Shown here in pieces: positions 37,720-47,990 of a stretch of DNA of 64,000 nt; position 1 is the stretch's first letter; each line of letters begins with the position of its first letter. Location of the stretch: IMG/VR virus record IMGVR_UViG_3300037422_000298, one strand, 5' to 3'. The notes under the pieces are model-generated. The model was given only the letters and a program-made list of their open reading frames with translations. It ran no database searches and had not been told where the DNA came from. This stretch comes from a virus. Its lineage: Duplodnaviria > Caudoviricetes. The position numbers and the translations under genes are program-made.

Positions 37720-38618
37720 CTGCATCGCGACTGAAACACGGCGCAAGCGTGGAAACTCACCCGAACTACCGTGAGTATGTTGCTTGGTTGAGCATGCGAA
37801 GTCGCTGCTACAACCCAAACAACCGTTCTTACTCGAATTACGGCGGTCGCGGTATCGTCGTGTGTGCGACTTGGCGATCTTCTTTTGAGGCGTTCTTTCG
37901 GGACGTCGGAGAAGTTCCGTCGGATGAACATACGCTCGATCGCATCGACAACGACGGCAACTACGAACTCGGTAACGTACGTTGGGCAACTTGGACCGAG
38001 CAGGGCCGTAACCGCCGAACCAACCATCTTGTTACTGCTTTTGGTTGCACGAAGCCCATAACTGCGTGGGCTGAAGAGTTTGGCATCAGCCGCTACGTGA
38101 TCGCTGCGCGACTCATTGCAGGCTGGTCGCCAGAGGATGCCATTTACAAAGCCCGGAGATTCTCCATGCCCAAGCGCCGTGATGCTAACGCTCCCTACTG
38201 GCAACAGCTTCGAGAAGCAGAACGATCGATCATCGTATTTGCGCTCGAACACGGTCAGACCCTTCGAGGAACAGCTGCGCTGTTGGGGATAAGTCCGAAC
38301 TATCTGAGCGAACGTGTCGCCGAACTTGGGATCAGCACGCCGGACGTCCGGCCCGGCCCAAAACCGGGCACCAAACCCAACCGCATCGTACGTCCCGAGC
38401 TACGGGTGGTTCCAGGTGCGGGTACGCCGCCCTCAGCGGTTGCTGAGGACCCGGAGGAAGAAGAGTTGGAGGACAAGGACGACGAAGACGAAGACGAGGA
38501 CGACGAGGGCGACGACGAAGACACCGCACCCGGCGACGAGGACGAAGACGACGACCAAGACGAAGGCGAGGCTGACGATGACGACGACAAAAACGACGCC
38601 CGCGAAACGGGGAACTAG
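37716..38618 (+). CDS. HNH endonuclease in frame with Fis-like HTH and acidic tail
   Basis: W.SMRSRCYNP...YGGRGI...TLDRIDNDGNYELGNVRWAT; from 38166 EAERSIIVFALEH..TLRGTAALLGIS..YL; D/E tail. Confidence 0.75.
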   Translation: MTASRLKHGASVETHPNYREYVAWLSMRSRCYNPNNRSYSNYGGRGIVVCATWRSSFEAFFRDVGEVPSDEHTLDRIDNDGNYELGNVRWATWTEQGRNRRTNHLVTAFGCTKPITAWAEEFGISRYVIAARLIAGWSPEDAIYKARRFSMPKRRDANAPYWQQLREAERSIIVFALEHGQTLRGTAALLGISPNYLSERVAELGISTPDVRPGPKPGTKPNRIVRPELRVVPGAGTPPSAVAEDPEEEELEDKDDEDEDEDDEGDDEDTAPGDEDEDDDQDEGEADDDDDKNDARETGN

Positions 38619-39029
38619 TCGGACGTACCGGCGCAAGCCCAAGCGCCGTCGTCCGATCGCTGGATTGCTCGAACCTGGTCAGGCGCTCATACTTACGATC
38701 GATCCGCCGTTGCGCGATCACGAACAGCCGGTCGCATTCACGCCAAACGCTGGTGACATCTTGCTACGTGACGCGACTCAAGATCGCGTGACTATCGTAA
38801 ACACGACCGATCGCATCGTCGCCTACTTGCTGACAGCCGCGCCCAAGCTACTCGTCAAGGCAGCAACAATTCCGTGGAAACGTGTCGTGACAGACCTACG
38901 GCAAGCAGTTCGTAACAGTGGCCTACTCGAACGTTTTGCGCAGCTGTTCAGCGGCGATCGCGCGATTCCGGGCAAGTAGATCGCGGCAGCGATCAACGAT
39001 CGCGGCAGCGATCGTGGTACGGTCTCGGC

Positions 39030-39323
39030 ATGGGTGCAATCGCAGATCTTTGGAAGAGCGAACGCGGACTGCTCGCGGTTCTGCTTGTCATCGGTGCAAC
39101 GGTCCTGACTGCGCTGAGTCAAATGACGATCCAGCAGTGGCAGGACTACACGCTGTGGATCTTCGGTTTGTACGCAGGTAGCAAGACGGTCACGGGTGCA
39201 GTTGCGCTGTTCAAGGGCGGCACAGCCGAGCCCGAAGCGGCTCCAGCTCCAACTCCGGCTCCGGCTTCAGTTCCAGCTCCGGCTCCAGACCCGACACCGA
39301 CTCCTGCAGAGCCGCCGAAGTGA
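39030..39323 (+). CDS. holin-like two-TM protein
   Basis: Two TMs, (PA)n tail, upstream of lysozyme. Confidence 0.55.
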   Translation: MGAIADLWKSERGLLAVLLVIGATVLTALSQMTIQQWQDYTLWIFGLYAGSKTVTGAVALFKGGTAEPEAAPAPTPAPASVPAPAPDPTPTPAEPPK

Positions 39324-39342
39324 AACGTGAAGGGACGTTGAC

Positions 39343-39609
39343 GTGACGCTCGATGCGACAGACGTCTCGCAAATGTTCATGGCGACCAACGACGCGCTGA
39401 AGATGTTGCGCGCGTTGACGGCTGTCGAACCCGACAAGACGCAGGACGCGCTTCAGCTGATCGCGACGATTGTCGATAGTCTTCAAGAAGGCTTCGACGG
39501 CAAGACAACACCCGAGATCGTCGAGGCCGAGCTGAAAGCGCTCACGACGCGCGCTGCCGCACTGATCCCGAATCGGCAGCTTCACGACAAGTTCGATACC
39601 GGCGACTAG
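39343..39609 (+). CDS. hypothetical protein
   Basis: 88 aa between holin-like gene and lysozyme. Confidence 0.5.
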   Translation: MTLDATDVSQMFMATNDALKMLRALTAVEPDKTQDALQLIATIVDSLQEGFDGKTTPEIVEAELKALTTRAAALIPNRQLHDKFDTGD

Positions 39610-39617
39610 GAGGTCAC

Positions 39618-40538
39618 GTGCCCACGATTCTCGGAATCGATTACGCGTCGATCGACAACAACGAACCGCCCAACTGGTCGCAGGCCAAGCTGCCATCGAG
39701 TGACGGCTCGATGTTGCAGTTCGTGATCATGCGCGCGACCTACGGCGACTGGATCGACACGGACTACCTTCGGGACTTTCCCGGGATCAAGACGGCCGGA
39801 CTTCTACGCGGCGCGTACATGTACCCGATCTACAAGAACAGCCAAGGCGTCTTGATGACGCCCGAGCTGCTCGTCGAGACGATGCTTCGCGCACTCGCAC
39901 AAGGCGGCTACCAGCGTGGCAAGGATATGCCGCCCGTGATCGACATCGAGTCGGGCGGCTCGCCGGTTGCGTTTGGTGTTTCTGCCGAAGACGCACTCAA
40001 GTGGTACGAGCGCATCTACGAGTTGCTCAAGGCCGAGTTCGGCGTCGCACCGATGATCTACACGAGCGGTCGTGTGTGGCGCGAGGATCTCAAGAACCTC
40101 ATGACCGAGATGACGGACAGCGCGCTGTGGCTCACGAAGCCGTGGCCGTGGGCGCTTCACACGACAGCGCAACGTTCGATCACGCAGGCGTTCTCGTCGG
40201 GCACGTACGATCCGGAAGTGCCGCTACCGTGGGGCGGCGGTAACTGGGTCGTGCAGCAGTACCAAGGCGACTCATGGGGTTGGCCGGGTATCGTTCGGCC
40301 GCCGAATCGCCCTGGTCAAGTCGACTGCAACCGCTTCCACACGATCAAGGAAGGCTATCGAGGACAGCTCGTACGTTGGTACCAACTACGACTCGGCGCT
40401 GGTCTCGTGCCTGACGGCATCTTCGGCCCCAAGACAAAGCAAGCCACGATCAACTTTCAGAAGGCACACGGACTCGTTCCCGACGGGATCATCGGCGTGA
40501 AGACGTTCGTGCCGCTGTCGTGGGTCGTACCCAACTAG
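39618..40538 (+). CDS. GH25 lysozyme with C-terminal peptidoglycan-binding domain
   Basis: ILGIDYAS, FVIMRATYG, RGAYMY, PPVIDIE, PMIYT, QQY, VDCN; DGIFGPKT..A..NFQKAHGLVPDGIIG. Confidence 0.85.
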   Translation: MPTILGIDYASIDNNEPPNWSQAKLPSSDGSMLQFVIMRATYGDWIDTDYLRDFPGIKTAGLLRGAYMYPIYKNSQGVLMTPELLVETMLRALAQGGYQRGKDMPPVIDIESGGSPVAFGVSAEDALKWYERIYELLKAEFGVAPMIYTSGRVWREDLKNLMTEMTDSALWLTKPWPWALHTTAQRSITQAFSSGTYDPEVPLPWGGGNWVVQQYQGDSWGWPGIVRPPNRPGQVDCNRFHTIKEGYRGQLVRWYQLRLGAGLVPDGIFGPKTKQATINFQKAHGLVPDGIIGVKTFVPLSWVVPN

Positions 40539-41164
40539 CCGTACGAACGGTTCGTCGAACCGAGCCAGTGCCGTGCGTAAAGACCCTCTTCGTCGTGCGA
40601 AGCGAAGAAGTAGCTGGGGTGCATCGCGATGCGATGTTTGTCGCGATGGACGACTTCACTGAAACAGGCGGGCCCTGTCAACACCCACGCGATGTTGTAG
40701 AGCGTGTCACGATCTTCGGCGGCGATCGCTGCGGCATCTATCTTCGCCAGCTCGTCGAGCACAGCTTCGAACAACGCGCTTTGCGGCACTGCGCCGAGAA
40801 AACTGTTCATGAGCAACGGCGGATCATGCTCGTTCTCGCGACACGCAAAGTTTTCGGACTGGAGCAAGAAGTCGTCGAACGGTCGCAAGCACTCGCTGTC
40901 CGCATCGACGTAGACACCGCCGAACTGGAACAAGATCTCGTAGCGAAGCACGTCGGCTTGTGCGTGGTAGATCCCGCGGAACGCGTCGAACAGTGTGCGG
41001 TTGCGAAGCGTGATCGTCCGATGCGCGATGTCCGCGTCCGTCCAAATCTTGTACTGCCATGAAGGATGCTTCTCAGGCCACGTCGTCATTGAAGACGGCC
41101 GTGGTCGTGGGCCGATCCAGATCTGATGTAGCGTTCGTGGAATCACGGCGCCGGAACCTAGCAA
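40535..41164 (-). CDS. DXD glycosyltransferase (GT32/OCH1-like)
   Basis: IPRTLHQIWIG, ADVLRYEIL..FGGVYVDAD, TGP. Confidence 0.85.
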   Translation of the reverse strand: MLGSGAVIPRTLHQIWIGPRPRPSSMTTWPEKHPSWQYKIWTDADIAHRTITLRNRTLFDAFRGIYHAQADVLRYEILFQFGGVYVDADSECLRPFDDFLLQSENFACRENEHDPPLLMNSFLGAVPQSALFEAVLDELAKIDAAAIAAEDRDTLYNIAWVLTGPACFSEVVHRDKHRIAMHPSYFFASHDEEGLYARHWLGSTNRSYG

Positions 41165-41168
41165 TTCG

Positions 41169-41200
41169 CTCTTGACTTGTCACGAGTGCAACGCTAGAAC
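41169..41200 (+). promoter_or_regulatory. sigma70-like promoter of vWA gene
   Basis: CTC-TTGACT-17 nt-TAGAAC. Confidence 0.6.
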
Positions 41201-41290
41201 CGCGGTTAGCCTGGATCCATCGGAAGTGTTGCCGATCGATTCACCAACGAAGGCGCAAGGCTCCTTCGTGTCTTTGCAGGAGCGAGTGAC

Positions 41291-43237
41291 ATGGTCAACG
41301 TCAACAACAACCGAGAGAACCTGGGACCGGCGGAGCGAATCATTCAGTCGGTTCTTACCTACACCGATCACCTCTATCACGGCCGTCCCGGCATCGTGAT
41401 CGCCGATCAGCGCACCAACGTCGGCGTTCGCTGGGAACCTGTCACGCACAAGGTCGAGGACGTCAACGGAGCGCAGCACAAGGTCGTCTACAAGCTGAAC
41501 AAGGTCGGCAAGAAGACGACGCGTGCGAAGCTCGGCGTGATGACCGAAGCTGTCGGTACATCTGGCGTGGTCACGCACGTACGAACGGATGCGAGCCCGA
41601 ACCACCCGATCGTTGGTGAGTATCGCGAGGCGGGGCTGTTCCCCGAGGTCGCGGCGTGGCTCTACCGTCAGATCGCCGAGGTCTGGAAGCTCGACAACGA
41701 GTTCGCGGCGCGATGGGCGTCGTTCGCGTTCACGCAGGAGCACCGTGACCTCAAGGTCGTTCTTGCGGCGTTCATGCTCGTACAGTCGCGCAAGGGAGAT
41801 CCCGTGCTCGACGCAGGCAAGGTCGCATTCCACGACGAGGACTACCGTGACGTCGGCGAGGCGATGATGCTCATCCGTCGCAAGGACGACAAGGAGCTGA
41901 ACCCCAAATTGCTTCTGCGTATCTATGAAGTGCTCGCGCTTCCCGAGATCGCAGCAATCAACCGCGAGCTGGGCTTTGGGCAGAGCGCCCGCAAGGCATT
42001 CTTCGGTCGCTGGCCGACGGTCGTCGAGAAGTGGCTGCGTCACCGCGAGGAGAACCCGAAGCTCCTCGATGGTCTCGTCAAGGCAGGCTTCAAGTCGACG
42101 GTCATCAACCTCGCGCGTCGTGTTGGTTACAAGCCGACGACGGCGAAGTTCTTCGAGACGCTCGGTTGGAAGCAGGCGCAGGCCGAGGACGGTCGACGTC
42201 AGCTCGCGATTGGCGTCGAGGTCACGAAGGCCGAATCGTGGGAAGGCCTGACCGAGGCGCAGGTCTGCGAGAAGATCGTCGCCGACAAGCCAGACTGGAA
42301 GCGCATCGTCGGCATGCTACCGAAGGAAGTCGGCGTCACCCGCGCAGTGGTCGCAGCAGCGATCGAAGCGAAGGCGTTGTCGGATCGCGATCTCATCATC
42401 GCGACGCCGACGCTCGAAGAGTTGGGTCTGCTCGACGTGCCCGAGGTTCGCGCGCGGTGGGAAAAGGCCACCAAGAAGGCCAGTGACACGCGCGCAGCCA
42501 ACGTCGCGCGCAACGTCCAGAACAAGGAGCTGAAGGAGAAGCTCGTCGAGGCGGCCGATACAGCGGTCAAGAACGCTGTCGAAGCCGTCGTCAAGAACAT
42601 CCGCATCTACTTCATGGTCGACATCTCGGGTTCTATGAAGAACGCGATCGAGGCCGCGAAGCAGTATGTCGCGAAGTTCCTGCAAGGCTTCCCAGTCGAT
42701 CGCCTGCACGTCGCCGTGTTCAACACGCAGGGTCGTGTCGTGCAGATCAAGCACGCGTCGGCGGCAGGCGTCGAAAACGCCTTCAAGGGTATCAACGCCG
42801 ATGGCGGAACTGACTACGGTAGCGGCGTTCGCGCACTACAAGGCTTCAAGCCACAGCCGGACGAGGACGTGCTGTTCATCTTCGTCGGCGACGAAGAGGC
42901 ACAGCCGTTCGATGCGGCCGTGACGGCGTCGGGGCTACGTCCGATGGCGTTCGGATTCTTGAAGACGGTCGCCAACGGTGGTGCGGCAGGTTGGCGTGTC
43001 CAGCAGTACGGTGCGGACAACAACACCGCCGTTCGCGAGACGGCGAACCGGCTCAAGATTCCGTGTTTCATGATCGACGAGAAGACGTTCGAGGACGCGT
43101 ACGCGATCCCGCGAACGGTACGGAACCTGATCGCGGCTACGCCAGTGGGTGTCGCCGCGACGGCGGCGGTCCCGCGTATGACGCTCGTCGATCAGATCCT
43201 GAAGACGGAGCTGCTCAAGAAGCCCGCGTGGGCGTGA
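41291..43237 (+). CDS. helical N-terminal region plus C-terminal vWA domain (TROVE/Ro60-like architecture)
   Basis: IYFMVDISGSM (DxSxS), GGTDY, FIFVGDEE; strong codon bias. Confidence 0.75.
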   Translation: MVNVNNNRENLGPAERIIQSVLTYTDHLYHGRPGIVIADQRTNVGVRWEPVTHKVEDVNGAQHKVVYKLNKVGKKTTRAKLGVMTEAVGTSGVVTHVRTDASPNHPIVGEYREAGLFPEVAAWLYRQIAEVWKLDNEFAARWASFAFTQEHRDLKVVLAAFMLVQSRKGDPVLDAGKVAFHDEDYRDVGEAMMLIRRKDDKELNPKLLLRIYEVLALPEIAAINRELGFGQSARKAFFGRWPTVVEKWLRHREENPKLLDGLVKAGFKSTVINLARRVGYKPTTAKFFETLGWKQAQAEDGRRQLAIGVEVTKAESWEGLTEAQVCEKIVADKPDWKRIVGMLPKEVGVTRAVVAAAIEAKALSDRDLIIATPTLEELGLLDVPEVRARWEKATKKASDTRAANVARNVQNKELKEKLVEAADTAVKNAVEAVVKNIRIYFMVDISGSMKNAIEAAKQYVAKFLQGFPVDRLHVAVFNTQGRVVQIKHASAAGVENAFKGINADGGTDYGSGVRALQGFKPQPDEDVLFIFVGDEEAQPFDAAVTASGLRPMAFGFLKTVANGGAAGWRVQQYGADNNTAVRETANRLKIPCFMIDEKTFEDAYAIPRTVRNLIAATPVGVAATAAVPRMTLVDQILKTELLKKPAWA

Positions 43238-43402
43238 AGTTCTCCGCGTTCGCGCCTCTGAAGGAGGAGTGCCGCTAACACGGAAGGCTGCCTGCCAAGC
43301 AACCGGAAGAGTCGAACGCGAACGACAACCTAAAACGGAGGTGAACTGGTTATACGAAGGTCTGGGTCCGTGCGCTGGAGCGCCTCACGGGCACGCGGTA
43401 GT

Positions 43403-43462
43403 GGACCGAAGCTAACGCCGCGCGCGAGTAAACACAGGGCGGGTTCGATTCCCGTCGGTCTC
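43403..43462 (+). ncRNA. tRNA-like element (T-arm and acceptor-like stem, no anticodon arm)
   Basis: GGACCG/CGGTCT stem; GCGGG-TTCGATT-CCCGT T-arm. Confidence 0.4.
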
Positions 43463-43669
43463 GGTCTCATGCCGGACATTCCATGGGATCCAACGCTCAA
43501 GCAACTGTTTTGGACGAACAGCCTGTTCGGCAATCAGCTCTACGCGATGTTGGAAGCGCTCGTGAGGATGGGCGCGTTGGAGATGAACGCCGATCGGCAG
43601 TTTCGTTGGCATAAGTCGTTCGACTACGTGTTGACGTCAGAAATCGAGACTGACGACTGAGAGCAATCC

Positions 43670-44620
43670 ATGGGCTGGCGCGATCTACTACAGACCGAGA
43701 ACGAGACCATCATCCTGCCGTGGACCGGCGGGCGTGAGCTGCGCTCGTTGTCGCGGACATGGACGATCGTCGGCAAACTTCCTGGCGAGCACGGTTGGTA
43801 CACGTTCAAGTTGCTCAAGGCGCGTACGGCAACCGTCGAAGCGGCTGCTGATGCGGATGGACTTGCAGGCGCAACGTGCCGACGGTTCTGGTACGGCTAC
43901 CTCGTCGGTGATCGGTTCGCGACGGAAGATCCTTCGTTGGGCGGTGTGATTCAACCGACCGAGGCGCGCTGTTTGCCGCGCGTTCACTTGATCGACGACG
44001 GACTCGATCGCTTCGCACGTGTCAGCGTCGGTGAAATCTACGTCGACGGGCCGTTGATCTTCCGTAGCCAGGAAATGCCGCTCGGTCCCGAGCAGGACGT
44101 TCTACATGCGTACGAAGATCGCGCGGCGTCGGTCGCCACGATCAAGGGCGTAACACCTGCGCTCGACGGTGCGTTTCGTATGGCGTCGTGGCAGCGCACG
44201 GAAGCCGAACGTCGGCGGGCCGAGCTGGAACGTTTGCGTGCAGAGGAGGAAGCCAAGCGAGTCGCCGAGGCGCGTCGACAAGAACTGATTAGGCAGCTTG
44301 GCGACGGTGCGGGACGTCGTGAGATGGCGAAAGTCGATTTCGAAGCGGCGGCCCGTGCAGCACTCGCGGTTGGCGGTGCCGAGCTGCTCGACTGGAAGCG
44401 TGCAGGTCGTCGCGACGAGATGACGGTCAAGTACCGTCTCGATGGTCGACGTTTCGAGTGTGTCTGCGACGGCGAGCTGCGCATCGTGGATGCAGGGATT
44501 TGCTTGGTGGATCACCGCACCGGGATCAAGGGCGATACGCGGTTCACGTTGGAGTCGTTACCTGCCGTCGTTCGTGAAGCCGCGCGCGACGGCGTGCTTG
44601 TCGTCTTCCGGCATGTGTGA
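43670..44620 (+). CDS. conserved-looking protein, possible divergent E2-like enzyme
   Basis: C-terminal LRIVDAGICLVDH resembles the E2 G.ICL catalytic Cys context; located between vWA and JAB genes. Confidence 0.45.
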   Translation: MGWRDLLQTENETIILPWTGGRELRSLSRTWTIVGKLPGEHGWYTFKLLKARTATVEAAADADGLAGATCRRFWYGYLVGDRFATEDPSLGGVIQPTEARCLPRVHLIDDGLDRFARVSVGEIYVDGPLIFRSQEMPLGPEQDVLHAYEDRAASVATIKGVTPALDGAFRMASWQRTEAERRRAELERLRAEEEAKRVAEARRQELIRQLGDGAGRREMAKVDFEAAARAALAVGGAELLDWKRAGRRDEMTVKYRLDGRRFECVCDGELRIVDAGICLVDHRTGIKGDTRFTLESLPAVVREAARDGVLVVFRHV

Positions 44621-45070
44621 GGAGAACCATGATCGACAGCGGTCCAAGTCCAGACTTCGTACGTCAGAACAAGCTCCATCACGCGCGCCATGCGCTGGTT
44701 CGCATGTGCATGCGGCCGATCGATCCAATGGAGCAGTTCGGTGGCGCGCTTGCAGTCGCGAACAAGCTCCTCGACGATTTGAACAGCCGCTCGGGGTTCT
44801 CGATGGACATGGACGTTCGCGACGAGATCCGGCGCGACTGGATCAAGCTGCTCGAAAAGGCGCCGTCGTGAAGGTCTTCGGCCGAACAGTCGGTTGCGGT
44901 ACGTGCCTCCCCGCCGTCGACACCCCTGTCGGCGAGACGTGTTTGCGTTGTGGCGTGGCGATCAAAGCCGACGACGTTGGTGTCGTCATGCCGTACGTTG
45001 CCGAGACTGTCGTCGAGCGGCCATGGCACCTGACGTGTTTTCGCGAAGCACTCGGGATCGGTGAAGCGTC

Positions 45071-45301
45071 ATGACGAAGCCGACATGCTTTTGTGGCGGC
45101 AGTGGCAAGTACGTCGACTACAACTGCGGCGAGAGCTTCTACGTCGAGTGTCCGCATTGCTGTAGCACGGGCGAGAAGAAGTGCGACTGCGAGAAGGCTG
45201 ACCTCGTGTGCAAGAAATTTGGTCGTGGACATGAAATCGGCGAGTCGCGTGACGACGATGACGACGACTATGACAACCCCCATTGGATGTTCATGGACTG
45301 A
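45071..45301 (+). CDS. small Cys-rich (Zn-binding) protein
   Basis: CFCGGSG, ECPHCC, CDC. Confidence 0.5.
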   Translation: MTKPTCFCGGSGKYVDYNCGESFYVECPHCCSTGEKKCDCEKADLVCKKFGRGHEIGESRDDDDDDYDNPHWMFMD

Positions 45302-45533
45302 CGATGCAGGAAGCTGACAACCCCAAGGTCTATTTCATTCGGTACGATTGCTCGCGTCGCAAGGTCGGTTGCGTGCTGCTGCAATGCATCGGCGGTACGT
45401 TGCCGTCGGGGCTGTTCTACAAATTTTTCGGCGACACGAATTCGTGGACGCTCGACCCGACCAATCTCAAGCTCTACCCGATCACTGAAGCGCAACTGCC
45501 GCTGCTCGCGGCACAGACCGACTTCACTAGGGA

Positions 45534-45890
45534 GTGACCGTGGCGAAGACCAAGAAGAAAACGGCCAAGAAGATCGACAAGCGCGATGCTGTGATTCGTG
45601 CGCTACGCAAAGAGAACAAGCTCCTGCGCGGCAAGCTCGCGAGGGCGTGTGACCTCGCGCTCGATGCCGCTGACGTCGTGGAGGAAGACTGCATCGGCGG
45701 CGATGAAGAGGAAGCGCAGGAACTTCGCGACATGATCATGGACCTGCGCGAATACTCGAAGCGGCCTGAAGCAGAACGGCACGCCGAGCGTCGAAAGCAG
45801 AAAGAAACAGTTCAGGCGCTGCGCGACGTAGGCTTGACGTCGGTTCGCAAGGCCGACATACCAGACCTCGAAGAAAGCACACCGTCATGA
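45534..45890 (+). CDS. hypothetical coiled-coil protein
   Basis: 118 aa, GGGAG SD, stop overlaps JAB start. Confidence 0.5.
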   Translation: MTVAKTKKKTAKKIDKRDAVIRALRKENKLLRGKLARACDLALDAADVVEEDCIGGDEEEAQELRDMIMDLREYSKRPEAERHAERRKQKETVQALRDVGLTSVRKADIPDLEESTPS

Positions 45891-46300
45891 TGGAAGTAGG
45901 CGTCGTCATCAGCACAACAGGTGAACCGATTCATTGGCACTTGCCGCCGGGTAGATCTGGCGGCGCGTTGCCGGACAGCCGCGAGCTGTGGGACGTGCTC
46001 TGGAAAGCTCACCGTGACGGGTGGCTCGCGGGCTTCGCGCATTCGCATCCGGGATCCGGCGTTCCTGGCCCGTCGGGTACGGACACGTCGACGTTCGTAG
46101 CGATCGAGAGCGCGCTCGGACGTTCGCTGTCGTGGTGGATCACGAGTTCGGATCGGCTCATCGTCATCAACCGTGCCGAGATGGACAGCATGCCGGGACG
46201 TGTCGTGTACGCGATCCGCGAGATCATGGTAGAACGTGAGCCGCCGTGGGTTGTCGAGCTGCGAAGGCGCTCGGAGATCGTCGGGCAACCGTACCGCTAA
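45887..46300 (+). CDS. JAB/MPN+ (JAMM) metallopeptidase
   Basis: N-terminal Glu (MMEVG) and HSHPGSGVPGPSGTD fit E...HxH-x7-S-x2-D. Confidence 0.85.
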   Translation: MMEVGVVISTTGEPIHWHLPPGRSGGALPDSRELWDVLWKAHRDGWLAGFAHSHPGSGVPGPSGTDTSTFVAIESALGRSLSWWITSSDRLIVINRAEMDSMPGRVVYAIREIMVEREPPWVVELRRRSEIVGQPYR

Positions 46301-46307
46301 CATCTAG

Positions 46308-46339
46308 CTCTTGACTTGTTGGAGCTAGTCCGCTAGCGT
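46308..46339 (+). promoter_or_regulatory. sigma70-like promoter of Ubl gene
   Basis: CTC-TTGACT-17 nt-TAGCGT; GAGGAG SD follows. Confidence 0.65.
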
Positions 46340-46361
46340 TCACATCGCTGAGGAGAGTGTT

Positions 46362-46742
46362 ATGGCAGACAACGAATTGGTTCATGTGATCGGTCCCGAC
46401 GAGGCGCGTGTCAATGTCACATACGCGAACCAGAACGGCGAGCTGCGCGATCCCGTCTTCTTCCAGTCGAGCGACGCCGACGTCAAGGCGTGGGTGACCG
46501 AAGCCGTGCGCAACGGCAGCATCCCCGGCGTTCGCGCCGACGACGCCGCCGACTTCCGCGACTACGTCGTCGATCGGTTCCCGCCGACCGAGGCACGTCC
46601 ACACAACCTGATCCAGGTGCGTCCGAAGACGGCGTTCGGTATGGCGCCGGGCGGCTACCGTCCTTCGGACGCGCCTCGTTCGGACATCACCGAAGCGCCG
46701 AAGCGCATCGAGCGCTGCCCTCACTGCTACAGACCGTACTGA
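46362..46742 (+). CDS. putative ubiquitin-like (beta-grasp) precursor with C-terminal extension
   Basis: About 90-aa beta-beta-alpha-beta-beta pattern ending LIQVRPKTAFG (G93), then 33-aa tail with CPHC; adjacent to JAB, near E1. Confidence 0.6.
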   Translation: MADNELVHVIGPDEARVNVTYANQNGELRDPVFFQSSDADVKAWVTEAVRNGSIPGVRADDAADFRDYVVDRFPPTEARPHNLIQVRPKTAFGMAPGGYRPSDAPRSDITEAPKRIERCPHCYRPY

Positions 46743-47501
46743 GCCAGTGACGACGAAGACGCAGCACCAGCTGTTCATCGAACGGCTCGAAGCGGAAGCC
46801 AAGCTCAAAGGCAAGCCGCTCTCGGACGGGGCGCGACAGGCGAAGAAACGTCCAATCGACTACTGCGAGCTATCACCGGAAGAGCAATGGGCCGTCGACA
46901 AACGTCTTGGGATTCTGGACTGGGACGGTACGTAAGGGCGCCGTTCATGGAGCGACGCACGACCGAGCAGCGCGGCATGATCTGCCGTGGCGTCGTGATG
47001 CAAATGAACCCTCAGACGTACTGGGGCAAGCTCGTCTACGCGCCAACAGATGCCGGTCATGCGGTCGTCGACGCGCTATCGGCGGCGTTGATCATCAAGG
47101 CGAGCAAGACGGTGCGTCAGCTCCGCGAAGACGCCGTCGAGGCCACACGCGTAGCACTTGAAATGTCGTTCCACTCGACGTCGTGGCACATGCAACCGGG
47201 ACGACGAGACTGGTTGCCACAGCCCGGCGAGATCGTCGAAGTACACCTGAACAGCGACTACAAGCTCGTCGCGGTGTGGTACGCAGAGCCGTGAGCGACG
47301 CTGACGAGATTGGACATCGAACGTTCGTCGTACATGACGACGTCGAAGCGACATTCACTGTACTGGCTGATCGCGAGCGTCAGAAGATCGACATCGTACT
47401 CGGCGCCGGACGGATCGTCCTGGAGCTGCCGTTGCGCCCAGCGTCGGCACAACAGCTCGCTGATCGCGTCAATGAAGCACTCGCCAAACTACGGAGCTGA
47501 C

Positions 47502-47990
47502 ATGATCAAGGTCGCGTTCGACGTTGGTGGCGTTCTCAGTAAGTACCCCGAGATCTTTCGTGCGCTCATCAGGAAGCTCACTCAAGGCAACGTCGGCCAG
47601 GTCGTCGAGGTGCACGTCATCAGCGATATGCATCCCAAAGAGAAGATCATCGAGCTGCTCAAGTTGAACGAATTCATCGTCGAGGACGACGGCGATTCGT
47701 GGCCGATGAACCATCACTTGGGGATGATCCAAAAGCAGAACGTCCACAGCGCCGACTACGACACGCACTGCGAGGGCAGCAAGACACTCTTGCTCGAAGA
47801 ACTTGGGATCGACATGTTCTTCGACGACTTCATCGGCTACCTAGCACCAGGTGGCGCACCTGTACGCCTGCTCGTCATGCCCGATCACGAGAAGCCGTAC
47901 TACGCCGACTCGTGGAAGATGCCGCCGGGCGAACCGGAGTTCGGTCGTCGACGCTTCACGAAGCGCCAAACGAAGGGACGCGATACATGA
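47502..47990 (+). CDS. HAD-like hydrolase
   Basis: KVAFDVGGVL ... VHVIS ... K ... FFDD. Confidence 0.6.
   Translation: MIKVAFDVGGVLSKYPEIFRALIRKLTQGNVGQVVEVHVISDMHPKEKIIELLKLNEFIVEDDGDSWPMNHHLGMIQKQNVHSADYDTHCEGSKTLLLEELGIDMFFDDFIGYLAPGGAPVRLLVMPDHEKPYYADSWKMPPGEPEFGRRRFTKRQTKGRDT

Noticed and set aside
43318-43344. GCGAACGACAAC (ANDN) resembling a tmRNA resume sequence upstream of a T-arm
   Set aside because: The frame reads ANDNLKRR* without an ...LAA end, and there is no GGGG..GAUUCGAC 5' end or CCA 3' end
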